Origin: a bacterium
GTDB lineage: Bacteria > SAR324 > NAC60-12
Direction: 5' to 3'
Assembly: GCA_965233585.1 (NCBI GenBank)
Contig: CBDDTI010000524.1
Location: forward strand, 1 to 18,929
DNA length: 18,929 nucleotides
The notes under the pieces were generated by a model. The model ran no database searches. It saw only the letters and a program-made list of their open reading frames with translations, and was not told the origin of the DNA. Shown here piece after piece: positions 1-11,480 of the stretch; position 1 is the first letter of the stretch; each line of letters starts with the position of its first letter. Position numbers and translations under genes: made by a program.

Positions 1-2084
1 AGCAGCTGCTGGAAGCAAGCCATTTCCAAAATTGCCAAATTCAAACTCCAAGCCTTTCCCAAAAGAACCAATCCCTTATTAAACCCTTATTAAAGAACAG
101 CTTTTCCACAATTTTCCAAGGCCCTGGGCCAGGAGAGGCTCCATTTCACTTTAGTAGGTTTGTCTGCTGGGTTCACTATTGCAGCAAGCTGTGCCAGAGC
201 AGCCCCTGGAAGCCCAGAAGGGAAGCAAGCCATTTCCAAAATTGCCAAATTCAAACTCCAAGCCTTTCCCAAAAGAACCAATCCCTTATTAAACCCGTAT
301 TAAAGAATAGCTTTTCCACAATTTTCCAAGGCCCTGGACCAGGAGAGGCTCCATTTCACTTTAGTAGGTTTGTTTGCTGGGTTCACTATTGCAGCAAGCT
401 GTGCCAGAGCAGCCCCTGGAAGCCCAGAAGGGAAGCAAGCCATTTCCAAAATTGCCAAATTCAAACTCCAAGCCTTTCCCAAAAGAACCAATCCCTTATT
501 AAACCCTTATTAAAGAACAGCTTTTCCACAATTGTCCAAGGCCCTGGACCAGGAGAGGCTCCATTTCACTTTAGTAGGTTTGTTTGCTGGGTTCACTATT
601 GCAGCAAGCTGTGCCAGAGCAGCCCCTGGAAGCCCAGAAGGGAAGCAAGCCTTTTCCAAAATTGCCAAATTCAAACTCCAAGCCTTTCCCAAAAGAACCA
701 ATCCCTTATTAAACCCTTATTAAAGAACAGCTTTTCCACAATTTTCCAAGGCCCTGGACCAGGAGAGGCTCCATTTCACTTTAGTAGGTTTGTTTGCTGG
801 GTTCACTATTGCAGCAAGCTGTGCCAGAGCAGCCCCTGGAAGCCCAGAAGGGAAGCAAGCCATTTCCAAAATTGCCAAATTCAAACTCCAAGCCTTTCCC
901 AAAAGAACCAATCCCTTATTAAACCCTTATTAAAGAACAGCTTTTCCACAATTTTCCAAGGCCCTGGACCAGGAGAGGCTCCATTTCACTTTAGTAGGTT
1001 TGTTTCCTGGGTTCACTATTGCAGCAAGCTGTGCCAGAGCAGCTGCTGGAAGCCCAGAAGGGAAGCAAGCCATTTCCAAAATTGCCAAATTCAAACTCCA
1101 AGCCTTTCCCAAAAGAACCAATCCCTTATTAAACCCTTATTAAAGAACAGCTTTTCCACAATTTTCCAAGGCCCGGACCAGGAGAGGCTCCATTTCACTT
1201 TAGTAGGTTTGTTTGCTGGGTTCACTATTGCAGCAAGCTGTGCCAGAGCAGCTGCTGGAAGCAAGCCATTTCCAAAATTGCCAAATTCAAACTCCAAGCC
1301 TTTCCCAAAAGAACCAATCCCTTATTAAACCCTTATTAAAGAACAGCTTTTCCACAATTTTCCAAGGCCCTGGGCCAGGAGAGGCTCCATTTCACTTTAG
1401 TAGGTTTGTTTGCTGGGTTCACTATTGCAGCAAGCTGTGCCAGAGCAGCCCCTGGAAGCCCAGAAGGGAAGCAAGCCATTTCCAAAATTGCCAAATTCAA
1501 ACTCCAAGCCTTTCCCAAAAGAACCAATCCCTTATTAAACCCGTATTAAAGAATAGCTTTTCCACAATTTTCCAAGGCCCTGGACCAGGAGAGGCTCCAT
1601 TTCACTTTAGTAGGTTTGTTTGCTGGGTTCACTATTGCAGCAAGCTGTGCCAGAGCAGCCCCTGGAAGCCCAGAAGGGAAGCAAGCCATTTCCAAAATTG
1701 CCAAATTCAAACTCCAAGCCTTTCCCAAAAGAACCAATCCCTTATTAAACCCTTATTAAAGAACAGCTTTTCCACAATTGTCCAAGGCCCTGGACCAGGA
1801 GAGGCTCCATTTCACTTTAGTAGGTTTGTTTGCTGGGTTCACTATTGCAGCAAGCTGTGCCAGAGCAGCCCCTGGAAGCCCAGAAGGGAAGCAAGCCATT
1901 TCCAAAATTGCCAAATTCAAACTCCAAGCCTTTCCCAAAAGAACCAATCCCTTATTAAACCCTTATTAAAGAACAGCTTTTCCACAATTTTCCAAGGCCC
2001 TGGACCAGGAGAGGCTCCATTTCACTTTAGTAGGTTTTGTTTGCTGGGCTCACTATTGCAGCAAGCTGTGCCAGAGCAGCCCCT
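1..2084. repeat. 210-bp tandem array (~10 monomers) with a 1246-bp higher-order period
   Basis: The anchor CATTTCCAAAATTGCC recurs at 21, 231, 441, 651 (one substitution), 861, 1071, 1267, 1477, 1687 and 1897. One step is 196 bp because of a 13-bp and a 1-bp deletion. Confidence 0.98.
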
Positions 2085-2124
2085 ACAAGTACTACAAGTA
2101 CTACAAATACTACAAATACCACAA
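2083..2124. repeat. Short 9-bp tandem repeat (CTACAARTA)n at the array boundary
   Basis: ctacaagta ctacaagta ctacaaata ctacaaata ccacaa. Confidence 0.9.
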
Positions 2125-3869
2125 TTTCATCGGCAAAACAATCAATAGTAATTAGATTTCAATTGTAGCCAATTGAAATCCTTACTTAATTGAGGATATG
2201 TTTTTCTTTTGGGAAGAATTTTTTGACTTTCTACTTTAAAGAGAGTCCAGATATAGTTTAGGGGAGGGGGGGGGACTACACACTAATCAGGAACCAACAT
2301 TAGGGAGATGTCGTTACCCAACAGGCCAGAAAATGGGGAGATGAACATCCATGAGAACAGCTTTTTTGATGTTCACTGGTGATGGACGTCGAGACCTTAA
2401 ATCCTGACCCCCTGCCGCCCGCGGACACAACGTCAAACGTACCAACCAGCGGACGCAGAGGTCTCGAATTTGCAAGGTCAGCTGATCACAGAAAATCATG
2501 ATTTCAGTCTATTTCATGCACTGTAAAGAGTTTTTTCTATGTTTTTTCTGCTTCAATCAGCTGACCTGGTAGATTCACCCCCCTTCCTCCGGCACTCAGA
2601 GACATGATGCTTAAGTGACATGATATCGCAGTCTTCCAGCTTAATCGGCTCCACACAGGAGTGCCCAAAAAGATAGAAAGTAAAAGCCGACTTGAATAAT
2701 GGCAAAATTGTTGTCAATCTTTTTGGAGTTATTTATACCACAAATATAGTTCAGATTGTGCACGGACATGTCTTTGAGAGCGGTGTGACTCTGAGAAGAA
2801 CGCTTGGTTGGCGATTTGCCGAATTGATAGGTATGATTTTCAGAGCCAAAAATGGCAGGGCAATTCCAAATGTTGTTGTTGCTGTTGTTGGTGTTAGTGT
2901 TACGTAGTGTTAGTGCTAGTGTTAGTCTTAGTGTTGTTGCTGCTGCTGTTTAGTGTATACACGGGGATGGCTCAAACCTTCTGAAATTTCGATCTAAACA
3001 TCCATTATAACCATCTATTTTCGGGTAGACCCATGGATTTGGCACATGTTCATGAAACTTTGACGCGTTGTCTTGGATGTGTGACCATCGCATTGTTGGG
3101 CTCTGATTTTTTCGCACAGAGCAAAGGCGCTAGTGTATGTTGCCCATGACAATAGCAGGCAATTTTCATTGATTGGGCTATGTCCACGCTTGCCCAAGTT
3201 GTCTATCAGTGAATGAAAGTGAATGGTGCAGTTATATAATTCATGTGACCATGCTAATTTTGCCCCGATGCGCTGCGAATCGTCGCCGTCGCTGCTCCGG
3301 AGAGCCAACTCTTTCTCAACCATTCAGAGTTCAGGTCTTTTTCGGCGCACGGTGAGTTCGGCAGTGTTGTCTGGTTTCTTGATCTTCTTGGTCTTTGAAA
3401 ACACATGTTTATTCAAGTTTTTCAAGCCGCGGCCATCTGCACCCTATCTATTTTTCATTTTGTGTTCAAACGCTCTCGTACAACTCATTCTCAACATGGT
3501 CGTTGAGAAATCAGGTTTTGGGATCATCTTCGGTGGAGGCCTTTCTTCTTTCTTGGCAGCGGCCCATTGCCATGCTCGCTTCCCGACCATTGAGCAGGTG
3601 AAGCATGTCCCAAACCTTGTGGGAAAGCGTTGGATTCTTTGCTTTGGAGCATTACATGGGCCCAGTCGTACTTGATAATTATGGTATGCTGCTCTTCTGA
3701 GAACCAATGGTCACTCTAATGTTCGGGGATCTACGAATGAACATTAATAGAATACGTCTGTATCAAACTTCCATGCTGTCCATGTTGCCAATCTTGAGGA
3801 TTTGGCATTGAAATTGGTCAATACACATGGGGTCCGGACAAATATCATAATCAAGACTTGCAGCAATAA

Positions 3870-4500
<631 letters not shown>

Positions 4501-4659
4501 ATTCCCTGCACCCACGCCTCCTCCTGCTCCTCCTCTTCAGAAAGTGAATGCAGATGCTGCATGTTAGCTTTGTTGCTCATAACGCTCGATGTGGTACGAT
4601 GCTTCATATTTTCAGATTCGGTGACGAAGACGTCTTCGGAACAGCAAATATATTTCTCC

Positions 4660-5135
4660 ACCCGCCCTCATGTCAGAGAGAATGTCAGAATAGATGCCAG
4701 AATAGAATTTCAGATTGAATGCTTTAAAAAATGCCAGAATAGAGGCCAGAAAGAATGCCAGAAAGAATGCCAGAATGAATGCCAGATAGAACGGCAGAAT
4801 AGAAAGTCAGAATTGATGCCAGATCGAATGCTGAAAAATATCAGATGATAGTGTTTAACAAAAAACACAATAGATGCCAGAAAGAATGTCAGAATAGATG
4901 CCAGATAGAAGCCAGAGAAAATGTCATATAGATGCCAGAAAGAATGCCAGATACGATGTCAGAATAGATGTCAGATATCATGCCAGAATATGCCAGAATA
5001 AAATTTTAGAATAGCATGTCCGATAGAATGCCAGAAAAGATTGTCAGAAAATATATGCCATATAGACTTCCAGATGACGTCAGAAACCATGTCAAAATAA
5101 TATCAAGGCAGGGATCACTCGAAGTAAAGTAGTTT
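4660..5135. repeat. ~12-bp (ATGCCAGAATAG)-type minisatellite block, probably an insertion into repeat D copy 1
   Basis: Repeated atgccagaa/atgtcagaa units ending in GGGATCACTCGAAGTAAAGTAG. The block is absent from the homologous position in D copy 2 (~18820-18830). Confidence 0.8.
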
Positions 5136-5469
5136 ATCTTCTTGTATCTTGTATATAATTATATATGGATTTAAATACATATGCAAAAAGGGGTCATGAA
5201 GGGGGGCAAAGGCACGCATAGAGTGTAGAACAAACAAGTACAAACCGGTATACAACGGATATACCCATGTGACGACGCATGAAAACGACAATAGAGACAC
5301 ACGCACACACACGCGCGCGCGCAGAGTATGATTAATATACCGGGCCGTTTTGATGTTTGCCCTTTTGTAACAACGACGCAAGCATGCAGACACCTTATAC
5401 AGCCACATGTACGCTCGTGTGCGTGATTTGTTTGAATGCTTGTGTTCATCTTATATGTACTTGGCCCAG

Positions 5470-7781
5470 GTGCAAAGTGCAGGTGCCGCCCTCTTCAGCA
5501 CTTCAACGATCGCTGATCATGTGGATGTATTTATTTCGCACTCATGGTCCGCTGGGCGTTGGGGAAAATATTTGGCCCTATGCTTGTGACTTGATTTGAC
5601 TAGTTTGTTTATTTTTGCGTATTGTTTTTTGTTCAGTCAATTTTTGGGTATGTATTCATTGTGTAATTAAACATTGTGTTTTTTAAGTTTTAACTTTTAA
5701 CCTTAAAAAATTGAACGGCCACCTAGATTCTTCAACTTGGAATTGGCGATCAAGTGCTCCTTTGCCATGTGGTCCTTGCTAGCAATTTCTTTGGTTGGAA
5801 TGTTTGGAGTAGCCGGTTTGGGAGGAAATGCCTGTGTGTTTCCGTGCTTCGTGTGTTTGCCTGTGGCTACTTTCTTTGTCGTTTTCATTTTTGGTCAAGA
5901 CCTGACTGGTGCGCGCTGGTCTATGTCCTTGTGGGTAGATAAATTATGCATTCACCAAACTGACCTGGATTTGAAGTCAAAACAAATAGCAGCGCTACCG
6001 GTCTTTGTAGCTCATGCTTCCCGGATGCTCATTTTATGGGATGAAACCTATTTTGGGCGACTTTGGTGCAATCTGGAGCTCGCAACCTTTGTCCATAACG
6101 GCGGTATCGAAAAAGTTGATCTCCTGCCACTGTGGCTAGCACCATGGTTGCTCTGCTCCATTCTGTTGGATCTGCTCAGCGCCAGTCTCTTTGAATTGTT
6201 GGAGCATGCTCTTCCCAATTGGAGCATGAGATGGATCTCCCCCATCATGGACGCGACAGGGTCGGTGCTGGGAAAAATCCGGCGATGTTGAAGTTTGCGT
6301 CACTCTTCATCATTTGGATGTTTTCTGGCGTTACTTATCTCCTGGTGTCTGTGCCAAGTTTTTTTTCTTTTCGCATGAAGCTTCGAAACCACCAGCTCCT
6401 CCTGAACCAGATGTCATCCTTCGACGTGCGAGCTGCCAAGTGCACATTGCTTGCAGACCGCAGTGCCATTGAGGAGCAAGTCGTCGCATTATTTGAGGGT
6501 CGAACTGTGCCCCTGAAGGAAGGCAGTGGTGTTGATGATGGCGAGGCCAGGTGCTTCACCTGTAGAGGGATGGTTTGACGCCGAGGCTGTTGGTAGAATC
6601 AGAAGAATCATGCAGAATTCTTCACACTTGAGCCCAGTGCAAAGGTCAGCAAGTCCAGGTGAAGGTGACGTCCTGTTTGTTTTCTTAGTCTTTTCAACTT
6701 GGTTTTTAGGTCTGCATGGAGAGGTCGAAAGATGTCAGCATCCTGGCTGTGGCAGGTCCGTCTGCAAAGATTCAGCTTGGAGGACCGCGATCCTCTCAAC
6801 TGCTTTAATGAACATGTAAAGGGACCCCTGCGTGCACTGGTGGAATCGCAGATTGGTAGTGAGCTGCATGTGCCTTTTCATATTGCTTTGACTGCCTGTC
6901 TACCTATGATTTTCTATTCCTCTGTGAATGTGCTGGCCTGCGACAACGGACCATGTGAGACATCCGCAGTTTTGTCTGGCTACTCATCGGTAACCCAGTA
7001 CATGGTTACTCAAGTTGTGGGTTGGACACTGACCATATTCCTATCATTCCCAGTCACTTCTCCAATTCTTCTTCGTATGATCAACTTTGTCGTCTCGTGC
7101 AGCGATGGACCGCTGGAGCTGTTCATGGCTCTACTTTGCTGCCCTTTAGCCTACATTTGGAGCTACATCTGTGGGAGCTTGATTTGGGGCTCTATAGTTG
7201 CGCTGGTGCAGATTCTTGGCGATTTTAATTTTCCAGGGCCACGTTTGGCGTATCCTCCACTATATAAGCAGCTCCCAATTGAAAATTGTGCATAGATGTG
7301 GTTCCTTCTGGTCAAGGCACAACTTGGCTGGAAGTCACACAGTCAGAAGTTTTGAACTTGATGAATTCAGGTTATCTCTCGGTCCATTTCATTTGCCTTC
7401 ATGGCAATCCCCAGCCAAGGAGTACAAAACAAAGTAGCGTTGCTGTGAACGGAAGAAAAATATCGCAGAAGCACGTCACTGAATTATAATAGGTTGTCGG
7501 AACACCCTGTGGTATCCTGCAGTGTCCCTGTTCTGGCCCCGAAAAAATTAAACCACTCAGCGCCGCTGTCGGCGGCCGTGACATGTTGCACAACATTGCT
7601 CAGTGCGAGGTACTACTCACTAACCCAGCTACTGATCTTCGTGGTGATCTTGGCCGTTCTCGTGTTGCAAGTGACTTGGTTGTTCCCCCCCATGGCAAGC
7701 CGGGCGCATCCATTCTGCCGATGCGTGAAGCGTCAAGCATACTATGAGGCCGCTGCCAATTCACCACTGTGCCCTGAGTAA
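5470..7781 (+). CDS. Multi-exon gene for a multi-pass membrane protein with a TIR-like domain; 5' end not identified; one frameshift (pseudogene or sequencing error)
   Basis: Predicted exons: 5470-5585, 5727-6550 (frameshift ~6273-6277), 6710-7210 (alternative acceptor 6756 with a GC donor at 6546) and 7610-7781. Phases join to ~537 aa if 1 nt is restored. Motifs: VDVFISHSW, LWVDKLCIHQTD, LILWDETYFGRLWCNLELATF, FDVRAAKC..ADRSAIEEQV. About 8 hydrophobic segments. Confidence 0.8.
5586..5726 (+). other. Intron (GT-AG, 141 bp)
   Basis: T-rich, with tgctt|gtgact ... cacctag|attc. Splicing yields in-frame YLALCL-FFNLELAIK and removes the stop codon. Confidence 0.85.
6551..6709 (+). other. Intron (GT-AG; alternative GC-AG intron at 6546-6755)
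   Basis: gccag|gtgctt ... gtttttag|g is phase-compatible. GAG|GC...CAG|GT is also phase-compatible. Confidence 0.6.
7211..7609 (+). other. Probable intron with a non-canonical donor (GA-AG)
   Basis: The acceptor gcgag|g precedes the hydrophobic YYSLTQLLIFVVILAVLVLQVTWLF. The phase-compatible donor ca|gattct gives IVALVQ-YYSL. A GC donor at 7238 is also possible. Confidence 0.45.
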
Positions 7782-8282
7782 ACTCACTGCCAGGTGCTTG
7801 ACTCACTTTTCTGTACATTTCATATTTCAGTACGAAGTACTGAATGCGAATGTTTTACCAGGTGCTCTGTAGGAGCCCCTCTTGATCCCCTGCCAAAAAG
7901 GTGAGGGCTTCGTATGTTCTTCTCCTCAGCCTCCTATAAGTCAACTGCTCGGCCTGGAAGTCGGCAAAAATTCGCTTTGCCGATGTTGCCCACGTTATGA
8001 AATCTTTATCCTTGTGTTTCCTTGTGGTTTCCTATCTTTTAATGTCAAAAATCACCATTGGGGTTCACTCACTTGATGATCTGGCAATATACCTTTCCTG
8101 GGAACCAAATGACCCCCCACCAATGGGTTGATGATTGGATTCTATACTGGCTCCTGTCAGTGGGATGACGAGGACCCATTGGAATCCCAAAGCCAGTATT
8201 TTTTAAGTAGAGAATCTCCCAAGCTTTCGTTAAGGTGTCCCGGATGACTTGCATACCCCAACCATCCCCAACCTCCTCGGTC

Positions 8283-8708
8283 TGAAAAATCAATCAACAG
8301 CAGGGTCATTCTTGCCAGTTACAAGTCGCTTCAGTTCACTTTCACAGTCATCAAGACAAGTGCTACTTGTCGGCCATTTGCCACTTACTGAGATGCAGAT
8401 GTTCAGATCTGGAGTGGTGACTGCCGTGACTGAAGAACTACACTTGGAGTACTCTGTATAGCAAGACTAAAAAAGAAAACCATTGAAACTGAGAAGACTG
8501 TTGATGTTTTGAAAGTGAATCCCAAGGTGACTGGATTGTCACTGGGATCCACTGACACTGTGATCGCATTCCAGCACTACTGAGATTACTGAGCGCACTG
8601 AGCCGACTAGTTCAAGTCAAGTAGGCATTGCACTGTCTTGATGACTGTGAAAGTGAACTGAAGCAGTTTGTAACATGCAAGGATGCTGTACTGTTGGTTT
8701 ATTTTTCA
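8283..8708. mobile_element. Foldback/MITE-like element with ~75-bp inverted arms
   Basis: 8283-8358 is the reverse complement of 8634-8708, with a perfect 31-bp core (8328-8358 / 8634-8664). No clear target-site duplication. Confidence 0.65.
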
Positions 8709-9147
8709 TTGATGAGTGTATTGAATTCGTTCTTAGGACTCACTGTGCAAATAAACTTAACTTTTGTGGATCCGAGGCTTGAACTGCAACGTCTTGATCC
8801 AAGGGGTCGTGTTGAGATGTAACTCCATGCCCACTGCATGTCACTGCGCGCTCCACTGCGCAGACCGTGGGCCACGCCACTGTACTGATCGTACTTTGGC
8901 TCAAGCTGGGTGAAGGCCACTGAACAGACTGGCAAGTACGTGAAGCAACCGTTGCAATTTTGCAGTTTGTTTGTTGTTTGGTTGGTTCGTGGGTCGATCG
9001 GTCGGTCGGTCGGTTGTACCCTTGTACCCTTGTAATGTAGTATCCTGATTAGTGTAGGGCCCCCCCTAAACAATTCTTTGAGTCTCTTTAATGTGGAAAT
9101 TTTCAAGCGCACGGGTCTGAATCTGTGTAAAATCGAAAAAAATGATA

Positions 9148-9646
9148 GATTTCAATTGATTTCAATTTACTTTCAATTCATTTCAATTTATTTTCAACTG
9201 ATTTTCAATTGATTCTAATTTCCTTTCAATTGATTTTAATTTACTTTCAAATGATTTCAATTTACTTTCAATTGGTTTGATTTCAATTTACTTTCAATTG
9301 ATTTTAATTTACTTTCAACTGATTTCAATTTACTTTCAATTTACTCTGAACTGATTTCAATTTATTTTCAACTGATTTTAATTGTTTTCAATTGATGTCA
9401 ATTTACTTTGAGTTGGCTTTCAATATATTTCAAGTGGTTTCAATTGATTTCAATTTATTTTCAATTGATTTCAATTGATTTTCAGTTGATTTCAATTTAC
9501 TTTCAGTTGATTTCAATTTACTTTCAATTGATTTCAATTTACGTTCAATTGATTTTCACTTGATGCCAACTTTCTTTCAATGGGTTTTCATTTGATTTCA
9601 ATTTAGTTTGATTTATTTTCAATTGATTTCAACGTACTTTCAATTG
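9148..9646. repeat. 21-bp (GATTTCAATTTACTTTCAATT)-type array within element A
   Basis: TTCAATT recurs every 10-11 bp. Confidence 0.95.
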
Positions 9647-10450
9647 ACATCCCATAGTAATCCCATAGAAATATCATAGAAATATCATGGAACTGCCATA
9701 GAAATCTCAAAGAATTCCTTCAGGAATCCCATAGATATATCATAGAAACATCATGCAACTCCCATAGGAATCCCATAGGAATCCCAAAGAAATCCCGTAG
9801 AAACATCATCGAAATACCATAGAATTCTCATAGGAACCCAAGGGGAATCCCATAAGAATACCATTGAATTCCCATAGCATCCCTTCAGAAATCCAATAGA
9901 AATCTTCTAGAAATATCATAGAAACATCATGGAAATCCCATAGGGATCCAATGGAAATCCCATAGGCATCTTTTTGAAACCCCATAGGAATCCCATAGAA
10001 ATACCATTGACACCCCATAGAAAATCCCATAGTAGTCCCAGAGAAATATCATAAAAATACCATGGAAACCTTAAGGAATCCAATAGAAACCCCATAGAAA
10101 TATCATAGAACCACCATAGAAATTCCAAAGAAACTTCATGGATACCCCATAGAATTCCCAAAGAAACCCTGCAGACATATCATAGAAATCTTTTTTAATC
10201 CCATAGTAACCTCATAGAAATCCAAAAGAAATATCATGTACATCCCAGAGAAACACCATAGAAATGCCACAGAAACACCATAGGATTCCAAAGGGAATCC
10301 CATAGACATCCTTTGAAACCCCATAGGAACCCCACAGAACTACCATAGACACACCTTTAGAAACATCATCGAATATCATAGAAACACCATAGAAATTACA
10401 TAGAATCTCCATAGAATTTTTGTCAAAGTCCCATAGAAACGCCATAGAAA
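9647..10450. repeat. Degenerate ~11-12 bp (CCCATAGAAAT) array within element A
   Basis: Repeated cccatagaaat / atcatagaaac / cccataggaat units. Confidence 0.95.
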
Positions 10451-10479
10451 CCAAGGAGGGGATGCCAGGAGAATTCAAC

Positions 10480-11480
10480 AAAGTAAGAGACAAAAGCTAT
10501 AGCAAAGGAAAGGAAAAGGAAAGGAGAGAATGATTTTGGATTTTTTTTGCTTCCAAAAACAAGGTGGACACAATAGAGGACCACCACAACAAACACACTA
10601 TTGAGGATCAGGGTTGCTCATGGACTACTCCCTTGAAAAATTGTTTGAGTGCGGTTTTTACATTGGGTTTTAATAAGGCATCCTATATTTTGGGAAATTA
10701 AACATTTTGAGAATTCCAAAAGAATGGAGCAAAGAAAGTAAAAAAGAGAAAAATATTAGCAAAGAAAAGGAAAAGGACAGGCAAGAATGATTTTGGAAAA
10801 ATGCTTCCAAAAGAACTGGACACAATAGAGGACCACCACAACAAACACACTATTGAGGATCAGGGTTGCTCATGGACTACTCCCTTGAAAAATTGTTTGG
10901 ATGCTGTTTTTTCATTGGATTTTAATAAGGCATCATATATCTTGGGGAATTAAACATTTTGAGAGTTCCAAAAGAATGGAGCTAAGAAAGTAAAAGAGAA
11001 AAATATTAGTAAAGAAAAGGAAACGGAAAGGCAAGAATGATTTTGGAAAAATGCTTCCAAAAGAACTGGACACAATAGAGGACCACCACAACAAACACAC
11101 TATTGAGGATCAGGGTTGCTCATGGACTACTCCCTTGAAAAATTGTTTGAGTGCTGTTTTTAAATTGGATTTTAATAAGGCATCCTATATTTTGGGAAAT
11201 GAAACATTTTGAGAATTCCAAAAGAATGGAGCAAAGAAAGTAAAAAAGAGAAAAGTATTAGCAAAGGAAAGGAAAAGGAAAGGAGATAATGATTTTGGAA
11301 AAAATACTTCCAAAAAAATGGACACAATAGAGGACCACCACAACAAACATATTATTCAGGATCAATATTGCTCATGAAAAAAGAAAAAATGAAACAACAT
11401 TTTCTTCAGGCGGCAGTTGGACACAATAGAGGACCACCACAACACACTTTTTTTAGAATCAATATTGCTTATGAAAAACT
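10480..11480. repeat. ~251-bp tandem array within element A (3 full periods plus partial copies)
   Basis: GGACACAATAGAGGACCACC occurs at 10566, 10818, 11068 and 11320, with a partial copy at 11419. Confidence 0.95.

Larger units (their letters stand above)
1..2302 (-). mobile_element. Non-autonomous terminal-inverted-repeat element C (same family as A and B, inverted, truncated by the window start)
   Basis: The terminus ACACTAATCAGGAACCAACATTA (2280-2302) is preceded by a G-run, matching the reverse complement of the left end of element A. The reverse complement of the 210-bp monomer aligns with the A/B monomers (CTTGGAAAATTGT...TTTAATAAGG...TTTTGGGAAA; CAATAGTGAACCCAGCAAACAAACC). Confidence 0.8.

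Noticed and set aside
90..2148. Repeated 63-aa ORFs and the 311-aa ORF
   Set aside because: They are translations of the 210-bp array, whose length is divisible by 3. Indels break the frames and there is no protein-family signal.
2382..2476. Candidate first exon MDVETLNPDPLPPADTTSNVPTSGRRGLEFA followed by AG|GT
   Set aside because: Plausible, but its phase does not join the 5470 exon directly and no convincing intermediate exon was found. Needs RNA data.
8069..8960. Possible minus-strand exons (QVIRDTLTKAWEILYLKNTGFGIPMG...; ~8760-8950)
   Set aside because: Short, with no recognisable motif, and no consistent splice chain could be built.
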